Source: Schizochytrium sp. TIO01
Taxonomy: Eukaryota > Protista > Bigyra: Labyrinthulomycetes
Direction: 5' to 3'
Length of the DNA stretch: 64,000 nt
Assembly: GCA_004764695.1 (NCBI GenBank)
Contig: SMSO01000031.1
Span: 8,042,761 to 8,106,760, forward strand
The position numbers and the translations under genes were made by a program. The notes beneath the pieces are model-generated. The model had not been told where the DNA came from and did not search any database. It worked only from the letters and a program-made list of their open reading frames with translations. Positions 48,044 through 59,399 of this stretch are shown piece after piece. Each line of letters opens with the position of its first letter. The stretch's first letter is position 1.

Positions 48044-49262
48044 AACTTCCGTCTCTTGACGTCTACTAAACACGAATCCTCTTGCCATTTAAGCTGTGCA
48101 ACCTGAAATATGATGGTGATTCTGACTCCAATGTTTTAATGTCAAAATTTCTACTCTGTTTCCTTCCCGCATGCGTTGCAGAAGAAGGGGTTCCACCTGT
48201 ACAGGAGCAGCAAGCTTGATCATGTAATGACCTTTTTGCAAACCTTGAATCTGCCTCAGTTCTAGTTCTACTGCATTTTGTGTTGCGGGGTATCTGGCAG
48301 GTTCAGTACAGGGCAAGCAAGATCTTGCATCTCTCTTTTTCCTTTATTTTTCTTTTCTTTTCTTTTACCTCTTTTCGATGAGTTATCGCGCTTTTCGCTA
48401 AATGGCCCTTTGTCAACATTCATCTGGCATGCTGTACTTTCGTAATATGTGTGCCGCACGAAGTCCGAGCCTCTTTCTCATTCTTAAATCTCTACAACGT
48501 AGCTTCTGCTTCTTTTTTAAAGAAACAGAGGCAGAAGCTTATACATTTACAGTTACGATGGTGCATGACACCTCCATTTGGCTTTGCTCCTGTTGTGTGC
48601 ACTCTTACTCCCCTTTGATTATCACTTCAAGAAAAACAGTTAATTTACGTTTGATTTTGACCTCATTTCGTTTCATGAAGACTTTCCAAGCTGCCATTCT
48701 TCCACTTGAGATATTATATATTCAGGCTTGCACTGGATAGAATCCTGGAGTGGCCTCCTACGCTGTTTCCCTACATTGACTGTATCCCATAGAACCTTTT
48801 CTTCGTATTCAGTAACCTGTTCCTCACTTCACGAAATCTGTACTTTGTACTATAATTAACCCTGCCTCAAAACACCATGTCATCGATGCCGAGCAATTTG
48901 ATAAGGCTCAACCAAGTCTTCACCTGCACGAATGCAGCTGCCTCTGACTCGTTTACCCATTCATGTAAGCCGCAGCTTCACTCATTTGGCCTTTTCAATC
49001 AAAACAAAAATCAGAAACGCAGACCTACAAAAACAAATAATAGCATTATTATGATGATAACTTTTAAGATGTAGCAGGTAATAAGGATGTTGATAAATCG
49101 CGACCTCAATTGTGCAGACCATCAACGCTGTTTCGAGGTAGCATCGAAGCCGCTTCGAAGCAGCTTCCGCGAGGACAACCCCCGCGGCTGCAGGGCGTCC
49201 GGGGCGGCGAGCTGCGCGGTGTATGGTACTGGAGAGACCTGTGGGTAGAGAAAAATTGTGCG

Positions 49263-52200
49263 ATGGTGGAGACAAAGATGAACTGCGATTCTGAGGCAAC
49301 GAAAGGCCATCGCAGTGAAGACCAAAAAGAACGAGGTTTGGACTCGAATAGACCTAATGCGGAATTGGAATCGACGAAGGAAGAATCAGAAATAACAAAA
49401 ACAAGATTGGCAGCAGAAGAAGACAACAATGGAAACAAAGATGCTTCAAAAGAGGGCCAACGTGGAGAGGATAATGAGGAAAATAACCTTGAAGACGCGA
49501 CAAAGCTTTTCGAGGGTGGGCTTGCAATGGTAAATGAGGACGATACAGTTAATATTAATGAAGGTGCGCAGCTCTTTCTCATGTACAGGGCAGTCTTGCG
49601 TGAATATCAGAAGGAGGACCTTGCCATAGAAGCGTACGAGGAATTTCAGCGCAACACGATTGCTGTACAGGAGAACCCTGATGCAGAAATCCCAAACGCC
49701 ATAGAGGATTGGACATGCCTCATTGAAATGGTCCTTGCAACGAACACAACTGCTCCGCACGTAGATCTGTTAATGTATTTTGAGGGTCTAATCCCACTTA
49801 ATGTTCGTCAGTACCTGTTTGATACGATGTTCTTAGAAAACTGTCGCCGTCGTGGCGATGCGGCTTTGAAAACGCTGTCTGCAGTAACACCTGTGCCAGA
49901 ACTGTTTTCTGAGATGCAAAAGTTTGTAGGCCGGGTAGGCACGCCGCCTACGCTTGACCTTTCCATAGTTGATGCAGCAAATAACTGTCCAATTCATCTC
50001 GCCTGCCTTAATGGATCATTGAAGTGTGTGCAATGTTTAGTCGAGTTGAATAATGATGACGTTAATCGTCGTAGTCGTGGCCCAGCCTCAAGTGGAGCTA
50101 CCCCTCTACATGCAGCTGCTATGGGTGGTCATGTTGACATTATTGAATATCTCCTCCACTGCGGTGCGGAGCCTTCGCCTGTTGCAAACGATGGGACTTC
50201 ACCGTTGCACTTGGCGTGTGCGCGCAACCACGCTGATGCAGTCTGTTATCTTATGCAACATACGGACCAAGACCCCTTCAAGCAGCCTGTTCGCCATGGG
50301 CACTTGGGGAACTCATCGCAAGGTCCAGCAAATGCACTGCAAAATGGATTTTCTGGAGAGGCCACCCAAGCACCACCGCCACGTATGACAGGACTTTCGG
50401 CATTTGAGACCGCTGCGATTTTTGGTGCAAACGAAGCTGTTAAAGCGATCTTGAACATGGTGTCTTCAGATGTGGCCACCTTGGTGCGCAAGAGTTCAGA
50501 AATAAACCGTCAGGGAGACGGAAAAGGTGCCAATGCTCTTGGAGGAACAAGTGCAGTGGGTCGCCAAGGACTCGTGCCTTTTATGTTTAAAAGTATGCTT
50601 CTTGCACTCAGCTCGTCAGCAGGAGGAGCCCCAGAAAGTGAACAAGATGAAAGGCGAGCAGAAATTCTCCTACAAATCTCAGAGTTCTTGCCACGTGATA
50701 AGGTTATTAAACTACTGGCCATGCACTATAAGGGCGCACCTGGACGCTCTGAGGTACCGACAGAAATTCAAGGCGATACTTTGCTTCATGTAAGCGCTCG
50801 TCTTGGTCGGGGCTGCTGTGTCATGGCCCTTCTTGCAGCTGGTGCAGATATCACTGTTCGTAATGTCAAAGGGGAAACTGCAGTAGACTGTGCAATGCCT
50901 TTCATTGCAGACCCAAATAACGGCCCAGGTCAGCAGGCTGTGCGTGTGCTGATAAAAGAGTGGGAACGCCGCCGGGTAGATGCTGACCGCACAATGGAGG
51001 CCCTTGTAAATGATTCGAATACTGTGTCCTCAGGCAACGCATCCCACGACGCCGCTGGTGGAGCCGGTGGGACCGGTGCCGCAAGTGCAAGTAGGCGGCG
51101 CAGGAATAAACGTAACAAGAAAAAAGCCAAGCGTCGAGCTACTGCCTCAACTGTGTCAAAAGATCAAGGTGAGGAGGCTGAAGACATCGACGAAGTTGAG
51201 GATGGCATCAACGACACTCCACAGCATGATAGCTCTAGTAGAATGGAACCTTCAACTGATGAAGAAGATGATGAGGAAAGCAATAATAAATTGGGCACAA
51301 TAGCTAGTAGCTCCAGCAGAACTAACAAGGAAAAAGTTGAGGAATCTAGATCAAGTACCAATACATTGCACGCAACCTCCAAAAGTTCTATAGATCATGC
51401 TCAGAAAAAGATAAATCACCTCGAAAACAACGAGGTCGCACAAACTTCGGCCATTGATGATGGGGAGTGGATCCCTGCGCATGGCGGGAAAGTAAAATTT
51501 TCTCAACAAAAGGCATCCTCACAGGCTCGCGAGAGTCTTGAAAACGAACGAAAACTTGAATTACGAAAACTCCTGGATTCTACTTTGCAAGAATCCCTTT
51601 CACAACATTCCAAAAATACCTCTAAAGCCAACTCGGGTCTTACAGCTAAGCACAGCACGATGGAACCAAAGTCATCAGAGCTTGCTGTACCTACCATCTC
51701 TATGAGACAGGAATCTATGGTTCAAGATGACGCTAAACTGAAAGATAAGACGAAAAAGGAAGAGCCAATGCAAGAGCCTTTCACACCTCAACTCAAACCT
51801 GTGTCGAATCCTCCTAAACCCCCCAAATCAATTTCATCACCAGCAAGAGATGTAGCAGAAACAGACAGGCCCCGGGTAGAAAATGACGAAATGTCTGACG
51901 CAGCAGCAATTGCAGCCGCTGCTGTGAAGTTGGTGACGGATGCTACGCCTGTGAAGCGAAAACCTACTGCGCCTTCTCTCAAGTCCTCAGACCCCCCTTC
52001 AAGTCCCCATATGGAACTTTCTGCATTTCCAGCTTTCCATCATGGTTCAAACGTAACCCAAAGTGTTGACATGCCTAGTACACCTCCTCCGGCACAGATG
52101 GCGGCTGAGCCCCATACTCTAAGCCCGTTTGGGCAACGAGAAATTTTCGATATTGGGCGTTTCATGCAACAGTTTGCTGGCGATGATGAGAGTGTTCCTT

Positions 52201-52748
52201 TTGGTGCAGGGGCGTGGGAAGCGCCGACGCCACCAGCGATGGATTTTGCTCGAGTCGCATCGCGCAACGACGATAGCATGTCAAGTGTGAACATGCCCAA
52301 CATAGCTATGAGCCACTCAGATTCTAACATCCTATCAAAGAGTTCCAGCAGCAGCAACAACAACAACAACAACAACTATTTACCGCCGCCGGCTAGTGCA
52401 ACCATACATGACAACCGCGCCTTTTCCGTATATGGTGGCGGTTCTTCTATCCAAGGTGACTCTTCAGTTTATGGAAGCGCCCAAGAGCGCCTATTCGAGC
52501 AGCTGAACCCCGAAGCAGGTGTCTTAGGCCTTACTGTGGAACACTTTCTTGGCCTCAACCTTGGTGACCTTAGCATGTCTCAACTCGACACGTTGCGGCA
52601 GTTACACCAAAGACTCATGGACGATATCATGGAGACACAGCTTAATCTTGCTCGAAGCCAAGGCAAAGAAATTGCTCAGGAAGATCAGCGCAGGCGCGCA
52701 AACTTCACAACATTCCAGCAGCACTATTTTGGTGGCCTCGATGGTTAG
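49263..52748 (+). CDS. Ankyrin-repeat protein with long disordered C-terminal half
   Basis: Ankyrin motifs CPIHLACLNG, GATPLHAAAMGGH, GTSPLHLACARNH and GDTLLHVSARLG. Basic NLS-like RRRRNKRNKKKAKRR. First ATG at 49263. Confidence 0.88.
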   Translation: MVETKMNCDSEATKGHRSEDQKERGLDSNRPNAELESTKEESEITKTRLAAEEDNNGNKDASKEGQRGEDNEENNLEDATKLFEGGLAMVNEDDTVNINEGAQLFLMYRAVLREYQKEDLAIEAYEEFQRNTIAVQENPDAEIPNAIEDWTCLIEMVLATNTTAPHVDLLMYFEGLIPLNVRQYLFDTMFLENCRRRGDAALKTLSAVTPVPELFSEMQKFVGRVGTPPTLDLSIVDAANNCPIHLACLNGSLKCVQCLVELNNDDVNRRSRGPASSGATPLHAAAMGGHVDIIEYLLHCGAEPSPVANDGTSPLHLACARNHADAVCYLMQHTDQDPFKQPVRHGHLGNSSQGPANALQNGFSGEATQAPPPRMTGLSAFETAAIFGANEAVKAILNMVSSDVATLVRKSSEINRQGDGKGANALGGTSAVGRQGLVPFMFKSMLLALSSSAGGAPESEQDERRAEILLQISEFLPRDKVIKLLAMHYKGAPGRSEVPTEIQGDTLLHVSARLGRGCCVMALLAAGADITVRNVKGETAVDCAMPFIADPNNGPGQQAVRVLIKEWERRRVDADRTMEALVNDSNTVSSGNASHDAAGGAGGTGAASASRRRRNKRNKKKAKRRATASTVSKDQGEEAEDIDEVEDGINDTPQHDSSSRMEPSTDEEDDEESNNKLGTIASSSSRTNKEKVEESRSSTNTLHATSKSSIDHAQKKINHLENNEVAQTSAIDDGEWIPAHGGKVKFSQQKASSQARESLENERKLELRKLLDSTLQESLSQHSKNTSKANSGLTAKHSTMEPKSSELAVPTISMRQESMVQDDAKLKDKTKKEEPMQEPFTPQLKPVSNPPKPPKSISSPARDVAETDRPRVENDEMSDAAAIAAAAVKLVTDATPVKRKPTAPSLKSSDPPSSPHMELSAFPAFHHGSNVTQSVDMPSTPPPAQMAAEPHTLSPFGQREIFDIGRFMQQFAGDDESVPFGAGAWEAPTPPAMDFARVASRNDDSMSSVNMPNIAMSHSDSNILSKSSSSSNNNNNNNYLPPPASATIHDNRAFSVYGGGSSIQGDSSVYGSAQERLFEQLNPEAGVLGLTVEHFLGLNLGDLSMSQLDTLRQLHQRLMDDIMETQLNLARSQGKEIAQEDQRRRANFTTFQQHYFGGLDG

Positions 52749-54125
52749 TTACGTATCGCCACAACAGCAAGATATGCAAGAAGTAAAAGCTGGATCAAAC
52801 TTCAATATACAAACAAAGCAACATTCACCATTTACTATCTACGTTTCATTTACTTTCTCTGCTTCTGTGTTTTACACTGCATTCGCTTGTTATTGATTCC
52901 CCGAATGACTGTTCCTATTTTATTTTAGTAAATCCTATCTACAGCTCTTCATAAGTTTCTGGAAGCTTTACCTGTCTGTTTAGATCACCAAGTAATCCTG
53001 TCCACTCCCTATACTCAAATCGTTGGGAAGCATAGTACAGCACAACAAGATGATAAATTGAGACACCCTAGGTCATTTGTTGCTCTTTAAGCTGTTCGAA
53101 GGAGGCAAACGCGTTTTTTTTTGGTTTTTTGTCAATTGTGTTGGGTGATATCGGCAGGTTTAATCTGCAAGTTGAAAAATTAACAGAAGTCAATTCTAGA
53201 GCATTTTCTCTTATAATTCACTTTCGTCGATCATCAGAACCACGATGGTGTTACTGCTCTCGTGTAATCCGGCCGACTTGGTCGATTGACCATTCCAAAG
53301 TTTTTATTGGGGCGATTCTTGTCAGTACGAATAAATGTCAGCAATTCCAGCATAATGTGCCTATTTTGGGGTTCCATTCAAGTCATTCCATGTATCTTGG
53401 CATATCATGGCGTATCGTCTCATGTGCCAATTTCAAACTTTCATGTGAAATTTTGATCTTTTTCTTGCTTCAGTGTTGGACTTTCGTTCCTAGCTTCTGT
53501 TAACTTCATTTGTTTTGTTTCTTAGTTTTCCTATTCTTTTAATAGTTCCACTTTATAGAAGAAATACCCTGAGGGTTTACATATTACATATGGGAGGCTT
53601 CGGGAGTACATTCTGTCGATAATGTCAAGTTTTGTGTTTCTTAGTTTTAGGAGGGTCCTTTCCAAGCGTCTATCCTGTTCATTCTATCAAGCAATAACTC
53701 CTTACCGGTGTCATAATCAGATTCAAAATCAATGTCAGAGTTCCACAGACCCCATCTGCTGGTATGCGTTTCGAGACCCTTTATTCTTCTTCACGCTGGG
53801 TCTACTCGGCTACTCTCTCCACATCGAAGATCACATCTAACTTTTCGTTTATACTTAAATTATTAGTGCCTAGTAGTTTCCTTAAAGAATAGCATAGAAT
53901 AAGGAATAGCATAGAAGGTTACATCTGCTGCCGAGTGGGCCATGAGCGCTCGCTCAGGTACATCTGCTCCTGGTGGCTCTTTAGCTGGGAAAAGAAAGCA
54001 CAAATCCTCAAATCGTTTTCCGCCGTCCTTCGTAGGCAAGGGCGTACGGGCACGCAAAATCGATTGAATAGAATCAATTTTAGATTCCACACGCTCCCGA
54101 AGCGAATTGGAATAGCCTAGTAAAG

Positions 54126-55724
54126 ATGCTTGCGAAGCTGAATGCTGTTCGAGGTGGCGCTGCAGCCGCTTCGGAGGCTGCCATGAATCGTTTTTCGCAA
54201 CGAATTCCAGCTGTTGCGAGGTTGTCAAGTTCAACGTCGCTGCCGTCCTCACAAGAACCAGACTCAAGGCAGCCCAAGCCTAGGACGCAAAACCAGCCTA
54301 ACTCTGCACCATGGCCTTCGAAGAGGCCAAAAAAAGACCAAGATGGTCAAGGTGGGCAGGGACCTACTATATCTTTAGCAAAGATGGTGCACAGCTTATC
54401 TGACGATGAAATCCTCAAATCACTAGAAGACTTTAAGGCCAAAGGAGGCGCTCTCTTGGTGGAGAAACCGTCAAACGAGACAAGCCGGTATTGCAGCAGT
54501 GTGAACATTGATAATTTGCTCGATTCATCTTACGGGCTTCGCCTGGACAGACCGAAGTACATTAAGGACAACGATGGAATGCGGCACGTACTGACGAAGC
54601 CTGTGAAAAACGACGGGGCGCAACGAGCAGTTAGATTTGGTCACGTGGGTACGTTAGATCCTTTCGCATCAGGCCTCTTGATGATCCCGTACAACTACGC
54701 TACCAAATTTGGCAAGTTTCTCAAGCTAGACCCCAAGCGCTACCGCGCTCGGGTTCAACTTGGGGTAGGTACAGAAACAGGGGATTTCACTGGCGAGGAA
54801 AAAATTAATGGGCCTGCTGATTGGGTGATGCCTTCAGAAGAAATCATCAAAGAGATTTGTAAGAAGCACTTTACTGGTGTGATTGAACAGGTTCCTCCTT
54901 CATATTCTGCCATTACCGTCAATGGAAAACGAGCCTATGAGTTAGCAAGAATGGGTAAAGAAGTCGTGATTCCAAGCCGGAAGCGTCGAGTTTACGAATG
55001 TAAAAGCAAGGTGATTTCTGCAGAAGACAAACTCATTGAGATAGAGGTTCTTTGTGAGGGCGGAACTTACATTCGTACGATTGGAACAGATTTGGCCGAG
55101 AAGTTAGGCACTCTTGGGCACCTAAAGGCCTTGGAACGAATTGGTCTTGGAGATTTCTCCTTGTCCTCTTTGAATCACAATGGGCACCTCCATTTGTCTT
55201 TTGATGAATGCCTGGCAAATTTGCCGCGTGTTCATTCTCAACTCAATCTCCACGATACAGTCATCCAGATGGCTAAGGGGCAATTCGTGCCAATTAAAGA
55301 GGATATCGAAGCTCTCCCTAAGGGCCATGAGCATTTTGCTCTGTGTTATGAGGGACACATAATCGCTGTATTGGGCTATGATCCAAAAAAGCCAGTAAAT
55401 TCTCGATTGAGTATCCAACTTAACTTTTTTTCTAAATTGGTGAACGATAAGATGGCTCGCCAGGTGAAAAATAGGGCACCCCAACACCAGGATGCTATGA
55501 AAAACCGTGATATGAGGCAAGACAGGATGGCACAGCACAACCAAAATCATCGGAACTTTAATGGAAAGGGAAGAAACCAAAAGCCTTCTAATTTTAATAA
55601 TGAAGTACCATCTGGTGAAACCACGCTGGCCAGCATCACCTCATCTTACCATAAGTACAAAAACCAAAACAAGAAATTTAAGAAAAAGGGTTCTTCATCA
55701 GAAGCCAAGTCCAAAAATGATTAA
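54126..55724 (+). CDS. truB: tRNA pseudouridine(55) synthase TruB/Pus4 family, probably mitochondrial
   Basis: GHVGTLDPFASGLL (catalytic Asp), KRYRARVQLG, QVPPSYSAITVNGKRAYELARMG, GGTYIR. Presequence-like N-terminus. Confidence 0.92.
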   Translation: MLAKLNAVRGGAAAASEAAMNRFSQRIPAVARLSSSTSLPSSQEPDSRQPKPRTQNQPNSAPWPSKRPKKDQDGQGGQGPTISLAKMVHSLSDDEILKSLEDFKAKGGALLVEKPSNETSRYCSSVNIDNLLDSSYGLRLDRPKYIKDNDGMRHVLTKPVKNDGAQRAVRFGHVGTLDPFASGLLMIPYNYATKFGKFLKLDPKRYRARVQLGVGTETGDFTGEEKINGPADWVMPSEEIIKEICKKHFTGVIEQVPPSYSAITVNGKRAYELARMGKEVVIPSRKRRVYECKSKVISAEDKLIEIEVLCEGGTYIRTIGTDLAEKLGTLGHLKALERIGLGDFSLSSLNHNGHLHLSFDECLANLPRVHSQLNLHDTVIQMAKGQFVPIKEDIEALPKGHEHFALCYEGHIIAVLGYDPKKPVNSRLSIQLNFFSKLVNDKMARQVKNRAPQHQDAMKNRDMRQDRMAQHNQNHRNFNGKGRNQKPSNFNNEVPSGETTLASITSSYHKYKNQNKKFKKKGSSSEAKSKND

Positions 55725-56387
55725 GTCGAGCAGGGAAACATCCTTCTTTTCTTTTCTTTTCCTTATTTCATGGTATCATGGTAGGTATGTAAGGTAGTTA
55801 GTTGCATTCGCCGTATCTTATTTTTTTATCTTTAATTTTAAAAATGAATTGAAATGTAGAAAAACATCAAAGTAAACAACGTTCTTCCTTAAACTTGTAT
55901 GCCTCTATATACGGAGGAATATAGACCGGGCCAAGAAGTTTAAATCCGCGTTAGGCCTTGTATGTATGCTATTCACTTTAGGGTGTTGACCCTGTTAATA
56001 AGATCGAAAGGGCACATCTTCGTAGACCAATGCAATACAGTTAAATACATTATTTTCCGTGTGAGCACAGCATAGTCAAGTGCGATGATTTAGGAGATGT
56101 TAATGTAGGCTTGGTTAGACGGAGTCCTGGGTAGTAATCAACGGGAAGCTGTTTGTATTGACTTCTTATTGGAAGAATGAGATTTTATTCAGTCAAATCA
56201 TTCATCTGTACTGCGGATTGTCCTAATGTTGTTTTACAACTATGCTAGAAATGCATGCTTTGCACAGCTCAAAATATATCTTCTAGTCAAAATTACTGAG
56301 TGAAAGGATTTCAGGAAGACACTGTAGAGAAATAGAGACATGTAAATGTAAAAAATGGAGAGGAAGAAATCACATACAATAATTATT

Positions 56388-58514
56388 TTAAATGTCGTCC
56401 AAATCAATTTCATTGGTATCTTCGGTCTTCTGGCGTTTAGCTTGTTGCCACTGTTGAGCAATCTGCAAGAGTTTGATGCCTTTTTTAGGATCGTCTGGGA
56501 AGAGATAGTCGTAGTATTCTTCCCAGCCGCCATCCTCCTCCATCTTGCGCTTCTTTTTGATTTTTTTAGGCTGCATTGCTTCAACCTTTTTAATCTCTGC
56601 ATCTTTGCCAAGTTTGCGTTCTGTTTCAAGCCATGACTTAAGGAGAATTGCCCGTTCTTCCTTAATGTCAATATCGTCTGGTGCATCAGCCTGGCGAGCT
56701 TTGAGTTTATCGTATGCTGTTTGAAAGACTTTGCGCCCAGCATCAGGGTCTTGACGATTGTGAGAGGCTTCAAACTTGGCGAATGAGATCCAAACCTTAA
56801 CGTGGTTAGTTCGCTCAAGCAAGCGCTGGTAAAGTGATCGAGCATTGGCACGAGACTTTTCAGTGTCAATACCAATCTCGAAGTCGATATAGCGTTTCCA
56901 GAGAGTCTCTGGCATGTCAAGTACAGGTTGGTTGACAGCGAGCTCAAAAATGGCGCGGCTGCGCTTTGTCTCTCCGATACTATGCTCAAGAGCAGCATAG
57001 CGCTCCCATACGAGACAATTTTGTGGCGCAAACTCTAAGTATTTTTCATAAATTGTACGGCAGCGGTCAACATTTCCTAGTTGGAGCTCGAGGTTCAAAT
57101 ACATTTTGAAGATTTTGTCCCGCGGACAACGACCGATGGCCTCGCCTAGAATCTTGCGAGCTGCAACGAGATCCTTCTGGCGAATTTCGAGTTGCGCCGC
57201 ATAAATCCATATCTTGCTGAATGTGAAATTCTTGTGTGGAATACAGTCTAGGCACCGGCGATACACAGCCCGGGTCTGAGGAATATCATCCATGTGCAAT
57301 TCCTCGAAAAGGGCATAATTGATCCACAGATAAATATAGCGCTTCCACATACGTTTATCAGTCTTGGAAGGTGGTACACAAGCCACAGCCTTATCAAAGG
57401 TATCACGAACGCGGTCCCTTGCTTTCGCTAGCTGTTTGCGGGCAAAGATTTTGTCCTGATCTGTAAGGAAGTCCCTCGCTGCGAGAGCATGGGCTTCGGC
57501 AACGGCCTGAGCCTGCTCCATTCGTGTCCAATCGAACCATGTGTTATAGGCGAAAGGTTTATCTTTGACAATATCAGCAAATTGTGTTCTTCTTTTCTCA
57601 ATCAGCACTGCCTCGATTGAGTCTGTATCTCCGTGTTGCCTCTCGAAAGCCGCATATGCCTCGTATAGCTCGCGCGTCTCTTCCTTGGGCAAAATCTCCA
57701 GGGCTTGTTTGTAGATCGCTCTCGCACGCTCAAACTCTTTACATCGCCCTTCGAACTGTGCAAATGCCAGCATGAGCGCTGGCTTCTTTGCTTCAGTCTC
57801 ATCGAGCTCCTCCAGCGCCCTCTCGTACACACGTCTTGCGAGGGCTAGCTGAGCGTTCTTCTCCTCCCACTTTGCATACTTGACGTACGTGCGAGCTTTA
57901 GGATGGCAGCCGCACATGCGCTCCATCACATCCCGAGACTTAGCAACCTCGCCATGACGCATCTCGAAGTTCACATATGCACTCCACGCCTCTACGCTGG
58001 GCTCCCATTGCATCCAACGTTCAAACACGCCGCGAGCCTTGCTGACCTCACCCAGAGTCTCCTCGAGTAGCACATATTTTGCCCAAAGCTGGTTCATTCT
58101 AGGCAAAATTGTCACACCCCTGTCGAAAACATTTCTAGCAAAATTGGGAAATCCGCTTTTGATCTCCATTTCGGCATAGAAAACCCATGCTTTCACATCG
58201 CGATAATGGCCCTCGAGAGCTCGCTCCATAATGGACCTTGCGTGGGCAAAGTTCATCTGGGAGCACTCCCACTTGGCGTAGCGCAGAAAGTGCGAGAGAC
58301 TAACCATTGTGTGCCTCAGGGAGTCCTCGAAGCCGCGGCGGCGCTCCGCTTGGTGCATACGGAGCTCCTCTTCATCGTGAATTCGCGTACTTACGTGAAG
58401 GTCGTGCAGCTTTTGCTCATCGCTCACAAGATGCTCCCGGGCAGCGCGAACAAGCTGTTCTGCTGTGACCTGGACCTGGGCGGGAGCCCGGTTCTTCACC
58501 TGGCGCTCCTCCAT
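56388..58514 (-). CDS. CRNKL1: Crooked-neck/Clf1/Syf3 HAT-repeat pre-mRNA splicing factor
   Basis: VKNRAPAQVQVTAEQL, WKRYIYLWINYALFEEL, IPHKNFTFSKIW, LDMPETLWKRYIDFE, GWEEYYDYLFPDD. First ATG at 58514. Confidence 0.96.
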   Translation of the reverse strand: MEERQVKNRAPAQVQVTAEQLVRAAREHLVSDEQKLHDLHVSTRIHDEEELRMHQAERRRGFEDSLRHTMVSLSHFLRYAKWECSQMNFAHARSIMERALEGHYRDVKAWVFYAEMEIKSGFPNFARNVFDRGVTILPRMNQLWAKYVLLEETLGEVSKARGVFERWMQWEPSVEAWSAYVNFEMRHGEVAKSRDVMERMCGCHPKARTYVKYAKWEEKNAQLALARRVYERALEELDETEAKKPALMLAFAQFEGRCKEFERARAIYKQALEILPKEETRELYEAYAAFERQHGDTDSIEAVLIEKRRTQFADIVKDKPFAYNTWFDWTRMEQAQAVAEAHALAARDFLTDQDKIFARKQLAKARDRVRDTFDKAVACVPPSKTDKRMWKRYIYLWINYALFEELHMDDIPQTRAVYRRCLDCIPHKNFTFSKIWIYAAQLEIRQKDLVAARKILGEAIGRCPRDKIFKMYLNLELQLGNVDRCRTIYEKYLEFAPQNCLVWERYAALEHSIGETKRSRAIFELAVNQPVLDMPETLWKRYIDFEIGIDTEKSRANARSLYQRLLERTNHVKVWISFAKFEASHNRQDPDAGRKVFQTAYDKLKARQADAPDDIDIKEERAILLKSWLETERKLGKDAEIKKVEAMQPKKIKKKRKMEEDGGWEEYYDYLFPDDPKKGIKLLQIAQQWQQAKRQKTEDTNEIDLDDI

Positions 58515-59399
58515 CGCGGCCTTACGCAGCTGCGAGCGGAGCACGATAAGCGAGTGGTCAATCCGAAGTTTCGAGTTTGACTGATTGTTTGTTTACTCCT
58601 CCTCTTTTTCTATCATTCATTCATTTTCTTTTCATCTCTCTTTTTTTCCAGACTAATTGGGGTTGCGCAGTGTTCACAAGTCGTTCTATAGCTGCTCAGT
58701 AAACAGTGCAAATGATCACGAGTTCGCGAATCATCACGATTGCGTCTTTGCTTGGAGGTGGTATATTAAATACGTTAGAACCTACTAAACTTTGCTACAA
58801 TACCATGGTCCTAGAATAATCGCGCGAGAGTACAAAATGACTTCTTGCGTTTATTTCTCACACAAATTGGATGAGAAAAGTTTTGCACAACAAAGGCTAA
58901 GGCCAATGAAAAACAAAGTATTCAGGAGCCTAGAAGATGTACTAGCATGTGATTATGTGGACTCCATATATGGCAATCCCAACGCTTAGCTGGAAAGCTT
59001 AGTCTATGTCTGAATTGATTGTCTTCTTGTTCACGAATTGAGTCAAATTCATGAGAAACAAATATTCTTGCACTTGCCCCAACAATTGAGCTTCCCAGCT
59101 ATCCTAAAGAGACTCTGATAATGTGGTTGATTGCATCATTCGTTTTCTCGCCGGGACGAATTACACAAAGTACCTTGCTGCCAATTAATTTGATCGTTGC
59201 TGACTAACTTGAGATCAGGAGGAGAAAATACTTATTTTTCCTTTTCTTTACTTTAAGTTGATTTTACTCCTTACGCCTTGAAATAAATTAATTCATTACG
59301 AGGTACGCTTTTCTCATTATTACAACCCCAAAAGCAGTTGCACGAGTGAGCGAGGTAAAAGCTTTAATTGCAGCAAAAACATCATCAGCGGCAAGCAAA

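Noticed and set aside
53100-53530. Possible decayed minus-strand coding or retroelement fragment
   Set aside because: The frames I translated carry multiple stops and I could identify no motif.
56240-57031. 263-aa ORF overlapping CRNKL1 (likewise 2585-3394 and other nested ORFs)
   Set aside because: These are alternative-frame or antisense shadows of well-supported genes.
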